DNA from: Vicugna vicugna
Lineage: Eukaryota
DNA length: 64,000 bases
Direction: 5' to 3'
NCBI GenBank assembly: GCA_013265495.1
Contig: MU058444.1
Location: forward strand, 124,001-188,000
Part shown: positions 1 to 12,000 of the stretch, one piece after another
How the letters are laid out: each line of letters begins with the position of its first letter
Numbering within the stretch: position 1 is the first letter of the stretch
Notes under the pieces: generated by a model
What the model saw: only the letters and a program-made list of their open reading frames with translations
What the model was told of the DNA's origin: nothing
Databases searched by the model: none
Made by a program: the position numbers and the translations under genes

Positions 1-240
1 TGTCTGGAATACAGATGTAATATCTGGAGGTGCAGCAGCCGTATTGTAACAAAGAGGTGACAGCATTAAACAAAAGCCTCATTCTCAGGATGGTGGAAGT
101 AAAAACAGAAAAAGCCTGTTGAGCCAGCATAGCAACCTTGGACTGCCCCGGACTTCGTGTTACACAGGGCAAACTTATTACTTAAGTTGCTGTTTTTGAG
201 TTTCTGTTATTTGTAGCTAAACATATTCCTAAATACTACA
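1..240 (+). mobile_element. MaLR LTR 3' part (old MLT1)
   Basis: ggaggtgcagcagccgtattgtaac...tttctgttatttgtagctaaacatattcctaaatactaca resembles the MLT1 3' end. Confidence 0.6.
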
Positions 241-1052
241 CTATGCCACTCTGTTTTTTCTCTTATTTATTTTCATTTAAAATAGACTCTACCCCCATGC
301 ACTTGAGGCATGATAATTAAAGCTCTGTAATATGTCCATATCCATTATTACTTACCTTACCAAGTAGAAAGACCTTTCATTTGTGTTGATTTTCAAAGTT
401 CCTTTAATCTCCAAAGAGGAAGTATGACACAGGGCTTCTCTCATCAGAGCTGTTATGCCATTCCCTATCTTAAGCATGTGTTTACTGGTAAAATGTAGTC
501 TCTTATCTCCTAATATAAATCACTACTAAACAAATAACTGTCGAAATTGGGACAAAAAGTTTGGTTTTTGAAAAATAGTTTTTCTAAATAACTGTAGAAT
601 ATTTAAAATACTTTAACTGGCAAATTCATGTTTGTTTCCTTCATTTATTTTTTTCTATTCTTAGGCAATATTTACAACAAAGCTTAGTTAATAATTGGCA
701 GTTTAGTATTCAGTGTGGGTCAAATCAGTACGTTATAAGGCAGTCCATTCCATCTGAATCCCTTTCAGATCTGCATGTTCCTATCTCAAAGCGTTCTGTT
801 CTTGCCTTATAGATTCTCTTCCTGCCTCCATCTCTTTGACGTCTGAAATGTTTAAGATTCCTTTCAAACGTCCTACTGTGTGAAGTTTACTGAGTGTGAT
901 TCCTCGTATCTGTGTGTGTCTGCTGCCTTGGCTGTTCATTTCCTGCGAGCATCTCTCCAGAGGTCATCGTGACCTCTGTTTGGGTCCTGTTTAATCACAG
1001 AGCTGCAGAAGAATCTTCGCAGATTGGTCTTTCATTGCCTTAGCTGGAATTC

Positions 1053-1208
1053 TGCCATAGACTGAATGTTTGTGTCCTGCTAAAAATCATGTGTTGAAAT
1101 CCCAGTCCCCAGTGTGATAGTATTTGGAAGTGGAGTAATTGGAAAGTGATTAGGTCACGAGGGTGGAGTCCTTAAGAATGGGATTAGTGCCCTTGTGAAA
1201 AAGACCCC
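1053..1208 (+). mobile_element. MLT1A-like LTR 5' fragment
   Basis: tgccatagactgaatgtttgtgtcc...aatgggattagtgcccttgtgaaaaagacccc. Confidence 0.7.
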
Positions 1209-1219
1209 CTCACATGCCG

Positions 1220-2750
1220 TTATCAGATATTAAAGCATACATTAAAATGTACTCATTAAAACAGTTTGGTGCTGGAAACTGCTGGCAGGTAGGAACTCTC
1301 GGTCAGTGATGGGAGACAGAAACTCTAGAACACAAGAATTTAGGATATGATAACAATGATATTTCAAATCAAGATGGGAAAGACAGTTATTTAGAAATGG
1401 TGTTTATAAACCTGAATGGTCCGTCATCTGGAAAAAGATAAAGTTACATCCATACCTTGCATCGTATGTGCAAATAAATTCCAGATGAATCAGCCACTTA
1501 AACATAAAGAAAAAAGCAAACTATTAAAACACCAGAAGGATCCATGGGAGAATCTTCTTTTATAATCTTTGAGTGAAAAGGTCAGAAGCCATACAATAAA
1601 ATTCAACTCCATAAAAAATCCCTACAGCAAAAACCACCATAAAGAAAGACTAAAGGCAATAAACTAGGGAGAAATGTTTGCGAGGCATTTCATAATTAAA
1701 GGCTAAATTCCCTGATATGTACGAAGCATATTCAAAGTAATACACCAACAATTAAATAAGAAAGTGAACCAAAGGTATAAAAAGAGAGGACACAGAGAAG
1801 GAAACACAAATAGCTCTTAGACCCATAAAAGTATGCTCACCCGCACGATGAGAGAAATGCGAAGTGGACCTACCCAGAGAAACCATTTTTCCATATCAGA
1901 TTGGCAAAGATCCCAAAGTTAAAGAGCACCCTGTGTGGCAAAGGTGTAAGGAAATAGGCCCTCAGAATTTAAATGGGAACAGCTTCTATGTCATTGGATT
2001 AATTTTGCAAATCTATAAAAATTGCAAATGTATATGTCCTTTAACCAGTAATTCTACTTGTGAGATTCTTTTCCCCCATAGATTTGCTTCCATGTGTGGG
2101 GAATAACATATCTTGTAGTTTTATCATAGCAAAAAAAAGGGAAATAATCTAAGTGTTTTATCAATCAGAGATTGATTGAATAATGAAGTACTCTGTGGCA
2201 CAGTAAAAATTGGGAAGGTTCTAAATAGGGCACAATGTCCTTGATTGTGTGTGTGTGTAAAACGCAAGGTATAGAATATTGTGAAAATAGCATTCTATTA
2301 GAACTTGTGTGAGAGGAGGAAAACTGTGTATGCACAGCATATGAATAAATATTTCCCAGAAGCACAAGAGGCTGATATCACTGGGTGCCTTTGGGTAGAA
2401 GGACTGAGTGCCTGGGAAAGAAACATCACTTCTGTACTCTTTGAATGTATCACACTTTATAAAATTAAATAAAGTGAAAAGTATGTGTCTTATATATTCA
2501 AGTGATATAAATTTCAAGAACAGACGAAATTAATTGTGATGATAAAGGTCAGAACAGTTTTACCTCTATGGGGAGAGATTTACTGGGAAGGGGCGACTGG
2601 CAGCCTTCCTGGAGGAGAGCAGAGATACCTTCTAGCTTGAACTGGATAGTGGTTATGTAGGTAAATGCACATGAAAAATTCATCAACCTCACCCTTAATA
2701 TTTTTGTAATTTGCAGCATGGGTATTATATCCTAGTACATTTTAAAAAGT
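1220..2750 (+). mobile_element. Old L1 (L1M) ORF2 end/3' UTR fragments
   Basis: A-rich degenerate L1-like text (gcaaataaattccagatgaatc, aaaaccaccataaag, ggtcagaacagttttacctctatgggg). Confidence 0.6.
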
Positions 2751-3044
2751 ATATAATTTGAATAATGGGAAAGGAAATGGATATATACGACTAAATAGTA
2801 ATATTCTGTGGACTCCTTGTTCACTGTAGTCTTAGTTCAAGTTACAACTATTTCTACTCACTTGTCTTCTAGTTTTTTAAAGAGTTTTCACATGAGAGTG
2901 TATGCGTATGCATAAGAATATCAGTGCTGAGGGAAGTTGTGGTCCATCTGTGGTGTTCTTATTTCTTATTAAAAATAATCATTTATTGACCTCACTTCAG
3001 TGCCCAGTTACTCTGTTTTTCTCCAGTCATTGTGTGTTGGGGGG

Positions 3045-3645
3045 TGACTCACGGCTAAGTACATATTCAGGTGTGAATACACCAAGTCATATGCTTTTAC
3101 GAATTTGATATTGGACTTTGCTTCCATAGAGAATGAATTTCTAAACATCAGCTCCATGCAGCTTTGAGTAGTTTACAATGAGTCAGCAAGAGCTTAGATG
3201 TGAGCGTGTGAACCAATGACGGATTCCTTTTGAAAGGCAACTTGGATCTCCACCAGATCACTGCCTGCTTCCGCCCAACAATCTCAATCTTTGCTTTTAC
3301 TGTAGCAGATATGTTTTTCCTGCGTTAAATGTGTTTTCTCAGCAACAGTGGTGAGGTGTGACAAAGCAATGCGTGTTCAGAGCAATCTTTGGGTCCTAAT
3401 GGGATAGTATCAGGCACCAGTGACAAAGAAGTGTAGTGGTGCTGAGTCACTGTGATTAGGTGATTCTCTGTGAAAAGGATGTGGAGAGCTTGACTCTCTC
3501 ATCCTTTCTTTTGCTGAAGTGAGAGGCTGGTGGCATTGTCACGTGATCATCTTTCATTCACTGAAGCTCACATTTGCGGTGCTTCTCCCTCTTACATAAA
3601 GGCACACCCCCAAGGCTGCGTCCCTGGGGGAAACTGAGTCAGCCT
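3045..3645. promoter_or_regulatory. Cluster of NRF2/sMaf ARE and AP-1 motifs
   Basis: ATGAGTCAGCA 3178-3188; GTGACAAAGCA 3358-3368; TGCTGAGTCAC 3440-3450; GCATTGTCAC 3533-3542; TGAGTCAGC 3635-3643; AP-1 TGACTCA 3045-3051. Confidence 0.6.
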
Positions 3646-4469
3646 TGTTGCCTCTAAGACTAGACTAGATTTGCCTGGGAACCTTAGTCAGAGGTGGTAC
3701 CTGGGAGTTGAAATTGATGTTCAGGCATCAAAACACTGAGATTTAGGTTACTGAGCAAAGAAGAGAGAGAGTGAGTGTGTGGTGTGTACGTATCTGTGTT
3801 CTTAACCTCACTACTAGGTGGTTAAGAAATTTACTCAAAGTTGGACACAGTAGAGGTATTTCAAATCACTGCAGAGAGAAAATTGCAAAAGATAGTCTTC
3901 AGGAGCCAGACAACCTTTTGGAATACCAGTAAGGGAGCTCCAGTATAGGTGATTTGAAGACCCTCTTCGTGAAAACACCAAGGTCCACCAGGCAAGCTTG
4001 GTTATTTGTGGTAGAAGTGAGGTGACGATGGGGCGGGAAGGGCCAACTGAGAGCGTCTTGCTGGGGGCAGTGTTATTAGAGCCATCCTGCAGAGAGCAGT
4101 GCTGAGAACATCACCAGTGATCGGCACCCTCTCAGGGTGCACGAGGGGCTCCTGGGAGCACACTGAGTGGAGCCCCACGCCTCAGTAAAACAAATTTCCA
4201 TCAGCCTTGTGTTTGTCACTCATGGCCTTGCTGCTGCTATCGCACTGGACTGTAGTCACCTGCCTGTTCCGCTGGGGTCGGGAGCTTCTTGACTGAAGGG
4301 GCCGTAGTGAATTCATTTCTGTACCCTGGTGTTTACAGTGAATGTTTTTGTTGAATTAGTGAATACATCCATCTGTACTCTACTTTTTATCAGAACCCTG
4401 AGACGTGATGACAAAATTAGTATCTCTGTTTGTCTTATCTGAAAACTGGGCTTGCCTATTCATAAGCGT

Positions 4470-5109
4470 TGAGCTGAAAGACACAAGCCAAAGATCTGGA
4501 GAAGAAAGGATTTATTACTACCTGCAGCAAGTAAGGCGAACACTGGGGATTGTTCCCAAAGCAGTGTCTACATGTTACAGCGAAATTAGGGAAGTTTTGA
4601 GCTAAGGGTACATGCACATTCATGCAGGGGCTTGAGCAGAGGAGAATTCAGCACAGAACTGGGGCACAGGTCAGCAGAGCCCAGGCTGTAGCTGACTGAC
4701 TCCAGGAGGGTTGGCACCACATTCTGTCCCCGACCTGGGTGGGGCCTTGGTTCCTGCCGAACTCGGAGATGGTATCAGATTGTGATGTACTCCCTTGCGG
4801 AGGATCTAGGGCTCTGCTTTCTCCCTGCACTCTGGTCTGACTGCCTTTTCTCTGTTCCTGCATGCTTTTGTTCCCTTAAGATCATTGATGATTGTGGGGA
4901 GGGTGTAGCTCAAGAGGTAGAGTGCGTGCTCAGCAAGCACGAGGTCCGGGCTTCAATCCCCAGTACCTCCTGTGAAAATAAATAAACTAATTACCCTCCC
5001 CCACAAAAACGAGAAAAAAAGTTAAGAATTAGACTAAGATGGCTTCTCTTATGTTCAGAAAGCCACGCCTGGTTCTTTCTCTGGAGGCCGTCTAACCTGT
5101 CTGCTTACA
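4470..5109 (-). mobile_element. ERV-type solo LTR containing a SINE
   Basis: gatttattact (minus-strand AATAAA) near one end and ...tctgcttaca at the other; LTR-like composition. The left boundary is uncertain. Confidence 0.5.
4896..5020 (+). mobile_element. tRNA-derived SINE (camelid vic-1 type), nested in an LTR
   Basis: GGGGAGGGTGTAGCTCAAGAGGTAGAG...TTCAATCCCCAGTACCTCC head with Pol III A/B boxes, then AAATAAA/CTAATTACC and an A-rich tail. Confidence 0.85.
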
Positions 5110-6574
5110 GTTGTGTTTTGGGACCCGCTGTAGGACAATTACTACTGCTTCTAAGTTTGCCTTCCCTCTTTGCATATAAACATTTAACTTACTTTGGTAT
5201 TTTTATCTGATCACATTCGCTTGGTTTCTCCCCTTTATTGTAACCTTATACAGGTGGCCCTTTGCATAGCAGTTTGAAGTGTTATTTCTATGACCCGCCC
5301 CCTCCATTTTCTGGACAAAAGTTTATGGTTCTCATTTTTCCTGTTTCTTCTGCACATTTTTTTCTAATGACGGAAGTCACGGAAGCAGACCGTGGGAGCC
5401 GATTCCGCGTGTGCGGCTCTGGTGAGACAGTCTCAGACAGGGAATCTGTAGCCAGCTTGTAGTCTCTTCTTACTTAAAAAATCTCCCTCCCTTGGTCTCG
5501 CTTCAGGGTCCAATTACTGTTTTATTTTCCACAGCCATTCTGATAAAATGTATAGGATGAGGACATCTGCATTGCTACCTTCTTCTCCTCTCCGTCTACT
5601 GCTTATCGGAACACACTGCTTCGGTGCTTTTCTTCTGATCTTGATCCAGTGAGCTGTTTTCATACCCCTCTTTTACTTAATTGGTTTAACATTGTTAAAA
5701 AAATAATAATAATGCAAAACTCCCAAACCCCAAACCTTCCCTCCTTTGAGACAGTGTCCCCACCCTGACATCTGTAACCCTGCGCCCATGTGCAGTTTTT
5801 GGACCCATGTGGTGATTTTTCATCGTCACACTCGCAGCTAGCATTCCGCAGCTTTCCGAGGTGAGCCCAGCACTCTCCTCCCTCTCTAGGTCCCCGTGTG
5901 TGTGGTCCCCTCCCAGCATGGCACCTTTACCCCACACGGGACCCCTTAACTCCACAGAGCTCCTGATTTTCTAAACCTGTTTTAAAACCTACATCTTCAA
6001 GGAGAAACTTACCTCCTTAGACTGTCCCTACTCTGATGGCTCCCTCAGGGCTTGTGTGAACAGTGTTTTCTTGGTAGAGTATTAATTTATCACCACATGC
6101 ATCCTTTTTGGATAAATATCCATAAGTTTTGGGGGTTTTTTTTGTGATTGCATCTTGCCCCTGCGACCTTTTGCCCTATTTGTGTTTTTTTCCAAAAGCA
6201 TAATATGGTCTTCCGTACACAGTGGACGCCAGCTCAGTGTTGGTTAAGGTGGATAATAATTAAAATTGTAATGTTTACTCCTGTCAGCTAAGTAAATATT
6301 TAACTTAATATGACTCTGTGACAGTTTGCCCAGACACCGCCACTTCCTGCTTGCAGGGAATGTTCGTCTGTTGCTAACTTACGGCTTCCCTGGTCTTCAT
6401 CTCCTACCTAGCTCAGATGTGGAGCACGGGGCTAATGTAGACCAGGACATTGTTCTTATGGGTTTTGTTACCCAGATCATATGCTGACTTATCGTAAAGA
6501 CCAAATACTGACTCACCAGGCTGGATGCTTGTGAAACAGGTGATGAGGTTTATCTGGGAGAGATGGACCCTGTT

Positions 6575-6765
6575 GTAGTCTCTAGTGATAGATTGCTGGG
6601 GTCGAAGTTCCAGTTTTGCCATATTCTAGCTGTATGATTTTGACCAAGATCCTTAACTTCTCTGTGCCTTAGTATCCTCTTCTGTGAAATGGGGTGATGA
6701 TAATTGACCCCTAGGGTTTCTATGAGGAGTAAAGGACAAAATATATGTAACAGAGTAAGTATGTA
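6575..6765 (+). mobile_element. MIR SINE
   Basis: Core cttaacttctctgtgccttagtatcctcttctgtgaaatgggg. Confidence 0.75.
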
Positions 6766-6879
6766 AGGACCAGCTACCGCTGCCACAACCATTTTTTAAG
6801 TTTGCTTTGAATCTTTGTACATGGATGTGGAACTCAAGACTGTGCTCAGCCCAAGCGCAGGGCAGCCATTCTTCTGCTG

Positions 6880-9090
6880 TGACAGTTAAAAATAAACGGG
6901 TAAACAGTTTAATTAAAAAAGGGAAAAGAAGAGTGAAGAAAAGAAAGAAAATGGTAGCAACATTAGTGTCATTCAAAGCAAAAACAATTTGTCAGAGAAA
7001 AAAAGGGTCATTTCATAAAAGATATACTCCACAGTGAAGATGTAAATTTTATGCACCTTTATAAAGTAAGATAGCCTTAAAGTGAAAAAGGAAAAAAGTT
7101 GCTGGAAAATCAAGGAGAAATTGGCAGAAATATAATTGTTGTAAGAGGTATTAATATACCTTTCTCAAGGTTTGGTGGAGACTGAAAAATAAGTAAGATT
7201 AAGATTCAATCAGTAGATTGGTGTTGAACTTTGACTCTTATAAGCAAGGGTTATTCTGTTTCATGCATCCATGGACCACTTGCAGCAGCTGGCCATAAAC
7301 CAGGACACAAAGGAAACTTCACTATGCAATAAAAATATGAAGCTGTGGAAGCCACATTGACAGGATCATAGCTAACACATACTAAGAAAAGTTCAAACAA
7401 ACAAAGCTCTTCAATCTATGAGTTATCTAACAATTTCCAAAATAAGGTCCTAGAATATTTGTGGTTTTGCAACTTCAAATTTATTTTATAATCTGTAGGA
7501 GGAGATTGATTGCAACTCTGTTTGTAGCAGCAAAATGCTGGAAAAACCCAGACGTTTGTTAATAGGGGGCTTGGGACATCCATCGACGGTGAATTATGCA
7601 GCTGTAAAAGGGGAGTGTCTCTGTCTATATACTATCCCCGTGGACTCTGCAGGGTACGTTACTACCTGGCAAAAGCAAGGTGGAGAAGAATATATAATAT
7701 GCTACCATTTATCCAAGAAAGTTAGGAGGAATACGAATATGTATTTGCTTATATTAAAATTTACAGCAACAAAACAAGAGCATAACTTTAAAAAGCTGAA
7801 AAAATATAAAAAAGATGTTTACCTGTACTGGGAACAGGGTAGAGGAAATACAAATAAAAACTAAAAAGTATTTTTAAAGTAATTCCTGAAAATGGAAAGC
7901 AAAATAAAGATTACTATATTGAGTTAGTCGCTTAACTAACAGAGGAATTATTTCAAGGGACTTTGAAAAAAAAAAAACCCAGTAATTTAATGTATAAGCC
8001 TAGTGGGATATATTCTAAGAATAAAAGGAGTTGCAAATATGCTTTCAGGTACTTTCAGTGATCATGCTGTTTATAATAATATTAGCACTGCTGTTCTGAA
8101 ACTGTAGTATATCATACAGGGTATGGCAAATAAGTAATGATGTTTGTATTACTAAGAATCAAGTTGATGGTATAGGAAAAAAAAAGATATAAAAATCAAA
8201 GAAGTACAAACTCTGTAATCCAAGACTTGAATTGAGAACATCAATATGAACTCAGGATGTATTTCTCTTAAAAAAATTTCCTAGCTCTGCCCAGCAAGAG
8301 GACCCAGAAATAATGACCCATCAGGAGCAGTGAGCACCCGTGGAACGTAGACTGCGCTTCCTCTTGGGGCACAGTTCTGGGTGGTGTGTTTGTTGTGTGT
8401 GTGTTTATACCTTTGCCAAGAATTTCCCTGAAATGATTAAGCTTCAGTCCTGCGCTGGTCAATGGCTAAAATAGCGTCGTCGGTTTCCATTTAATACCCT
8501 TGGTTGGTTGCCTTCTCGCCCTTACATCGCTGTCTCTGCCCCTTGTGGGTCCCCCAGACTTCCTAAATAAACCACGTGTGCTTGAATCCTTGTCCTGGGG
8601 TCTCTGTCTGGAGGAACTCAAACTCCAGCAGAGCAAGAGCTATGTAGATTAAAAGAGACTTAAGAGGCAGGGAAGTTTGAACACTGAATGAATATTTAAT
8701 GATTTTTAGGAATTATTATTTTTAGATGGCATAATGCTGTTATGCTTGTTTTTAAAATCAAGAATAAATAATAATATACTAAATAAGAATATGCTTGTGT
8801 TGGAATTTGACACATTGTAAAATGACTATAACTCAATAAAAAAAATGTAAAAAAAAAACCCAAAACACCAACCACGAAAAAAATATGCTTGTGTCAAAAT
8901 CAAGAGTAAATAATAAATATAATATTTGATTTCAAATAATATGGGGTGGAGTTGTGGTTGGGGGTATGGTACAAGATTGGTGATGGGTTGATAATTATTA
9001 AAACTAGGTGATGGGTATATGAGGGCTCCTTAATACTATTCTGTACACGTCTGTGTATGTTGAAAATTTTTCCTAGTTAAATACCAAAAA
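6880..9090 (+). mobile_element. Old L1 fragments (ORF2 remnant and L1MC-like 3' end), with an ERVL-like LTR piece at ~8380-8630
   Basis: A-rich degenerate L1 text ending in gggtatatgagggctccttaatactattctgtacacgtctgtgtatgttgaaaatttt. Confidence 0.55.
8801..8881 (+). mobile_element. Extremely 5'-truncated young L1 3' end
   Basis: tggaatttgacacattgtaaaatgactataactcaataaaaa plus A tail; 13-bp TSD AATATGCTTGTGT at 8788-8800 and 8882-8894. Confidence 0.75.
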
Positions 9091-12000
9091 AAGCTCGCTG
9101 GAGGTTGCTTATAACTATGTAGTGTTTGATACTGCTTTGTACAGAGTAAGCCAGAGACACTCAAAATGTTATTGTTGAATTACTGTGTTATGTCTTATGT
9201 TGGAGATACCAAGGCAAATGTTGATGTTAATACTTTTAACTGGTATATCAGAAACCTTAATTAGATCAGGAAAAAAATAATTTTATCAATTAGCATGGTA
9301 TCAGATTTAAAAAACTTCTTACTAACTCTACCACTAATTACAGCATTTCTCCAGCTTGTGGTTATTCAGCATCTGTGACTTAAAATCATTTTTGAATTGT
9401 GAATGTTTTTATATATTTTTTTCCTTTTCTGCCAACATGCTGGGATTTCTTGGCTATTTTGATAATTCCGTGGGACAGGATATATACTTGAAAGTAGGAC
9501 TCAGAAAATCTAAGATTATGGGTGCTGGAGCCTAAGGGCTTGTGTGTTTCTGAAATTTGCAACGTGACTGCTTTTGTCAGTGATAAAACTAAACTTCACT
9601 GGGAAAATCTTTTAAATAAACGAATGGTGTACTAAGTGGAGGGGTAGGGTGTATGGGAAGTCTTCAAAGCCCGTAAACAGAAGCTTCAAGCAATTCCTAC
9701 AGAAAATTTCCATCTTAAAAAAAAAAAAAAGATGTGAGTGTGTATGTAAGTCCCCCCAAAATCCTATCGTTTCCCAGAAATTCACACTATTGCTGAGATG
9801 TGCTTTTCTGTAGGATTTTGTAGTGATGAGATAGTCCCTGTTTTCAAGCTATCAGGCTGAAGGATAGTAATTCAATCTGATATGATATCAAATATAAATA
9901 TCATACTAAGATATGATTTGGATTCTCAGAAGACTCATTAGAAGATTCTGAGACAAGCAGCGGAGTATTTTTGGAATGTCCTTCACATAGGTGAGGTTTA
10001 AACTGGAAAGAGTAAAAAGATCAGCATTTTATATTTATAAAAAGTCAAACTGTTGTTGCCTCACCTGGTTAAAAAGTTGGTACCAAGTAACTAGTAAACA
10101 ATTTTTTGCTGGGTTTATTCCTAGTTCTATCTCATGTACTTACATTTGGTTTCCATCTATATGTAACGTAGATTTTCAAGCTCTGTTTTATAAAACCTCC
10201 TAAGCGGCTTTTTATTTTTTGTAGAAAACACTGGGGAAGTAACTAAGTAACCTACTAGTTAAATTTTAAAGCTGCAGCCAACTAGATAAAGATTAACGCA
10301 GTGATGTCCACATGTACTGTTGTCCTCACATTAACAATCATAGAATTTATTTCTAAGCGATTTCAGAGAATGAAATTCTCGTCCACATCATCAACTAAAC
10401 TCATTCAAATTCACTGCTTGGATTTGGCTGTTTAGCCCCTATGATTAAAGCTTAATAAGTTTTCTACCTCTTGGAATCCATCAATGAATAATGGATTTGA
10501 AGTTTTTGTTAACAAAGAGTCAAAGAGATTTATTATAGGCTCTAAATAATTTAATTTCCCTAAGATGTGACAGGACATTTTAGTTCCCCCCAAGGACTCT
10601 GAATTGGCTAAAACAGGAATAACAATGAATAAGGATGACTATAAACTTCCTTTCGTCTCAGGATATAAAAAAACCAGCTGAGACGGTAGTTAGTTCTGAC
10701 TTCATTAAGTTGTAATTCCCATTAATGCACTTCTTTCTTTCACCATAAATTTTATCTGCAGAATTTCTGTGTTGATCGTGATACGGAATTGTGCTGAGTT
10801 CTGCTGCTCACTTTCCTTCAGCCTTTCTGTTCAAGCTTCTTGAAGCTTCTCTGAGGTTTCGGTTTGAGTCCACGGTAGGGGTATGAAAGCATATTCTACC
10901 TGTGCAGTAGGAAGTGAGGGCACAGACGTGCCCCCTGAGCAAATCCCCCATCCTCTGCCCACGGCTCCCAGCCTGGTAACCTTGTCCTTAAATTCCAAGC
11001 ACTCTTGGACCCACTAACAGAGACTCTCAGGAGGCAAGTGCTTTGTTACTTTGAGGGCAGGTGTGGCGTGCAGCGCCTTCTGGTGCCTACCCCCCAGCGT
11101 GGAGCTCTGTAAGCCTGTTGGCCACCCAGGAGGGCGGAAATATCTATTTTGTGCACCAGGAAATTGAGGCCCAGAGAAAGCCCTGGGCTCCTTAGCTGTG
11201 GGCTGTCAGCCTGTCTAGTCTAAAGCCTTTTGTCTACCCAACTCGTTCCTGTATGAGCTAGGACTGCCCGCAGCCACTCAGCAGAGAGCAGAGACGTGAG
11301 GGAAAGGGCCACCGACCACTGTGCGTTGACCAGGCCTTAAGATCAAGGGAATTAAAGCAGTTATGGTGGGGGAGCGGGGGAGCTGGGGGAATAATGTTCA
11401 AACGTCACATTTCCGCCTTACGGCCAGATCCAGTTGGAGCTTGTTTTATGGTAGAAATTAGGCAGCTAGACTGGTCTGTAGAGCCAAGACGTTTTCATCG
11501 AAAAGCCCAGTAAGTGTGATCATGGAATAAATTCTTTTCCTAAATCAAGGGCCTTCCTTTACGTGCTCTGTAGAATGGAGCGTGCACGCTTGGGTAGGAG
11601 TATATTTGCCACAACATTCCACGTGCCGTTTTATTTTTCCTCTCTGGGTTGTTTGATGTCTCTTTTTCTTGTGCTCTATCCAAAGAATACCGGTCAAAGA
11701 AGCCAAGAAGATGCCCTCTTTTATCCAGAGTTAAACATTTCAGAGGGGAAGGAGGCTCTGTTAGGTAGGAGGGTGTAAGATCTGGTTACAGGAAAATGAG
11801 GCAGCTCGTCAGTCATTGCAGACACAGAGGCAGCCTCTCTCTCACCTTCCACTCCCACAAAGCTTTGTGCTCTGCTGGGCCAAAGAGGTGATGGGCCCGC
11901 CAAAGCTTTTTTTTACTGGTTTTTCTCCATCTGTCCCTTTTCTGAGTGCCAACCCAGCATGATGTGGGCAAGGATTGAAAACGCACTGAGCCTAGCTCAA

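Noticed and set aside
4896..4970. tRNA-Ala-like sequences (also 22750-22822, 42445-42521, 45295-45368)
   Set aside because: Mutually diverged copies with shared non-tRNA tails and, in two cases, clear TSDs; these are SINE heads, not tRNA genes.
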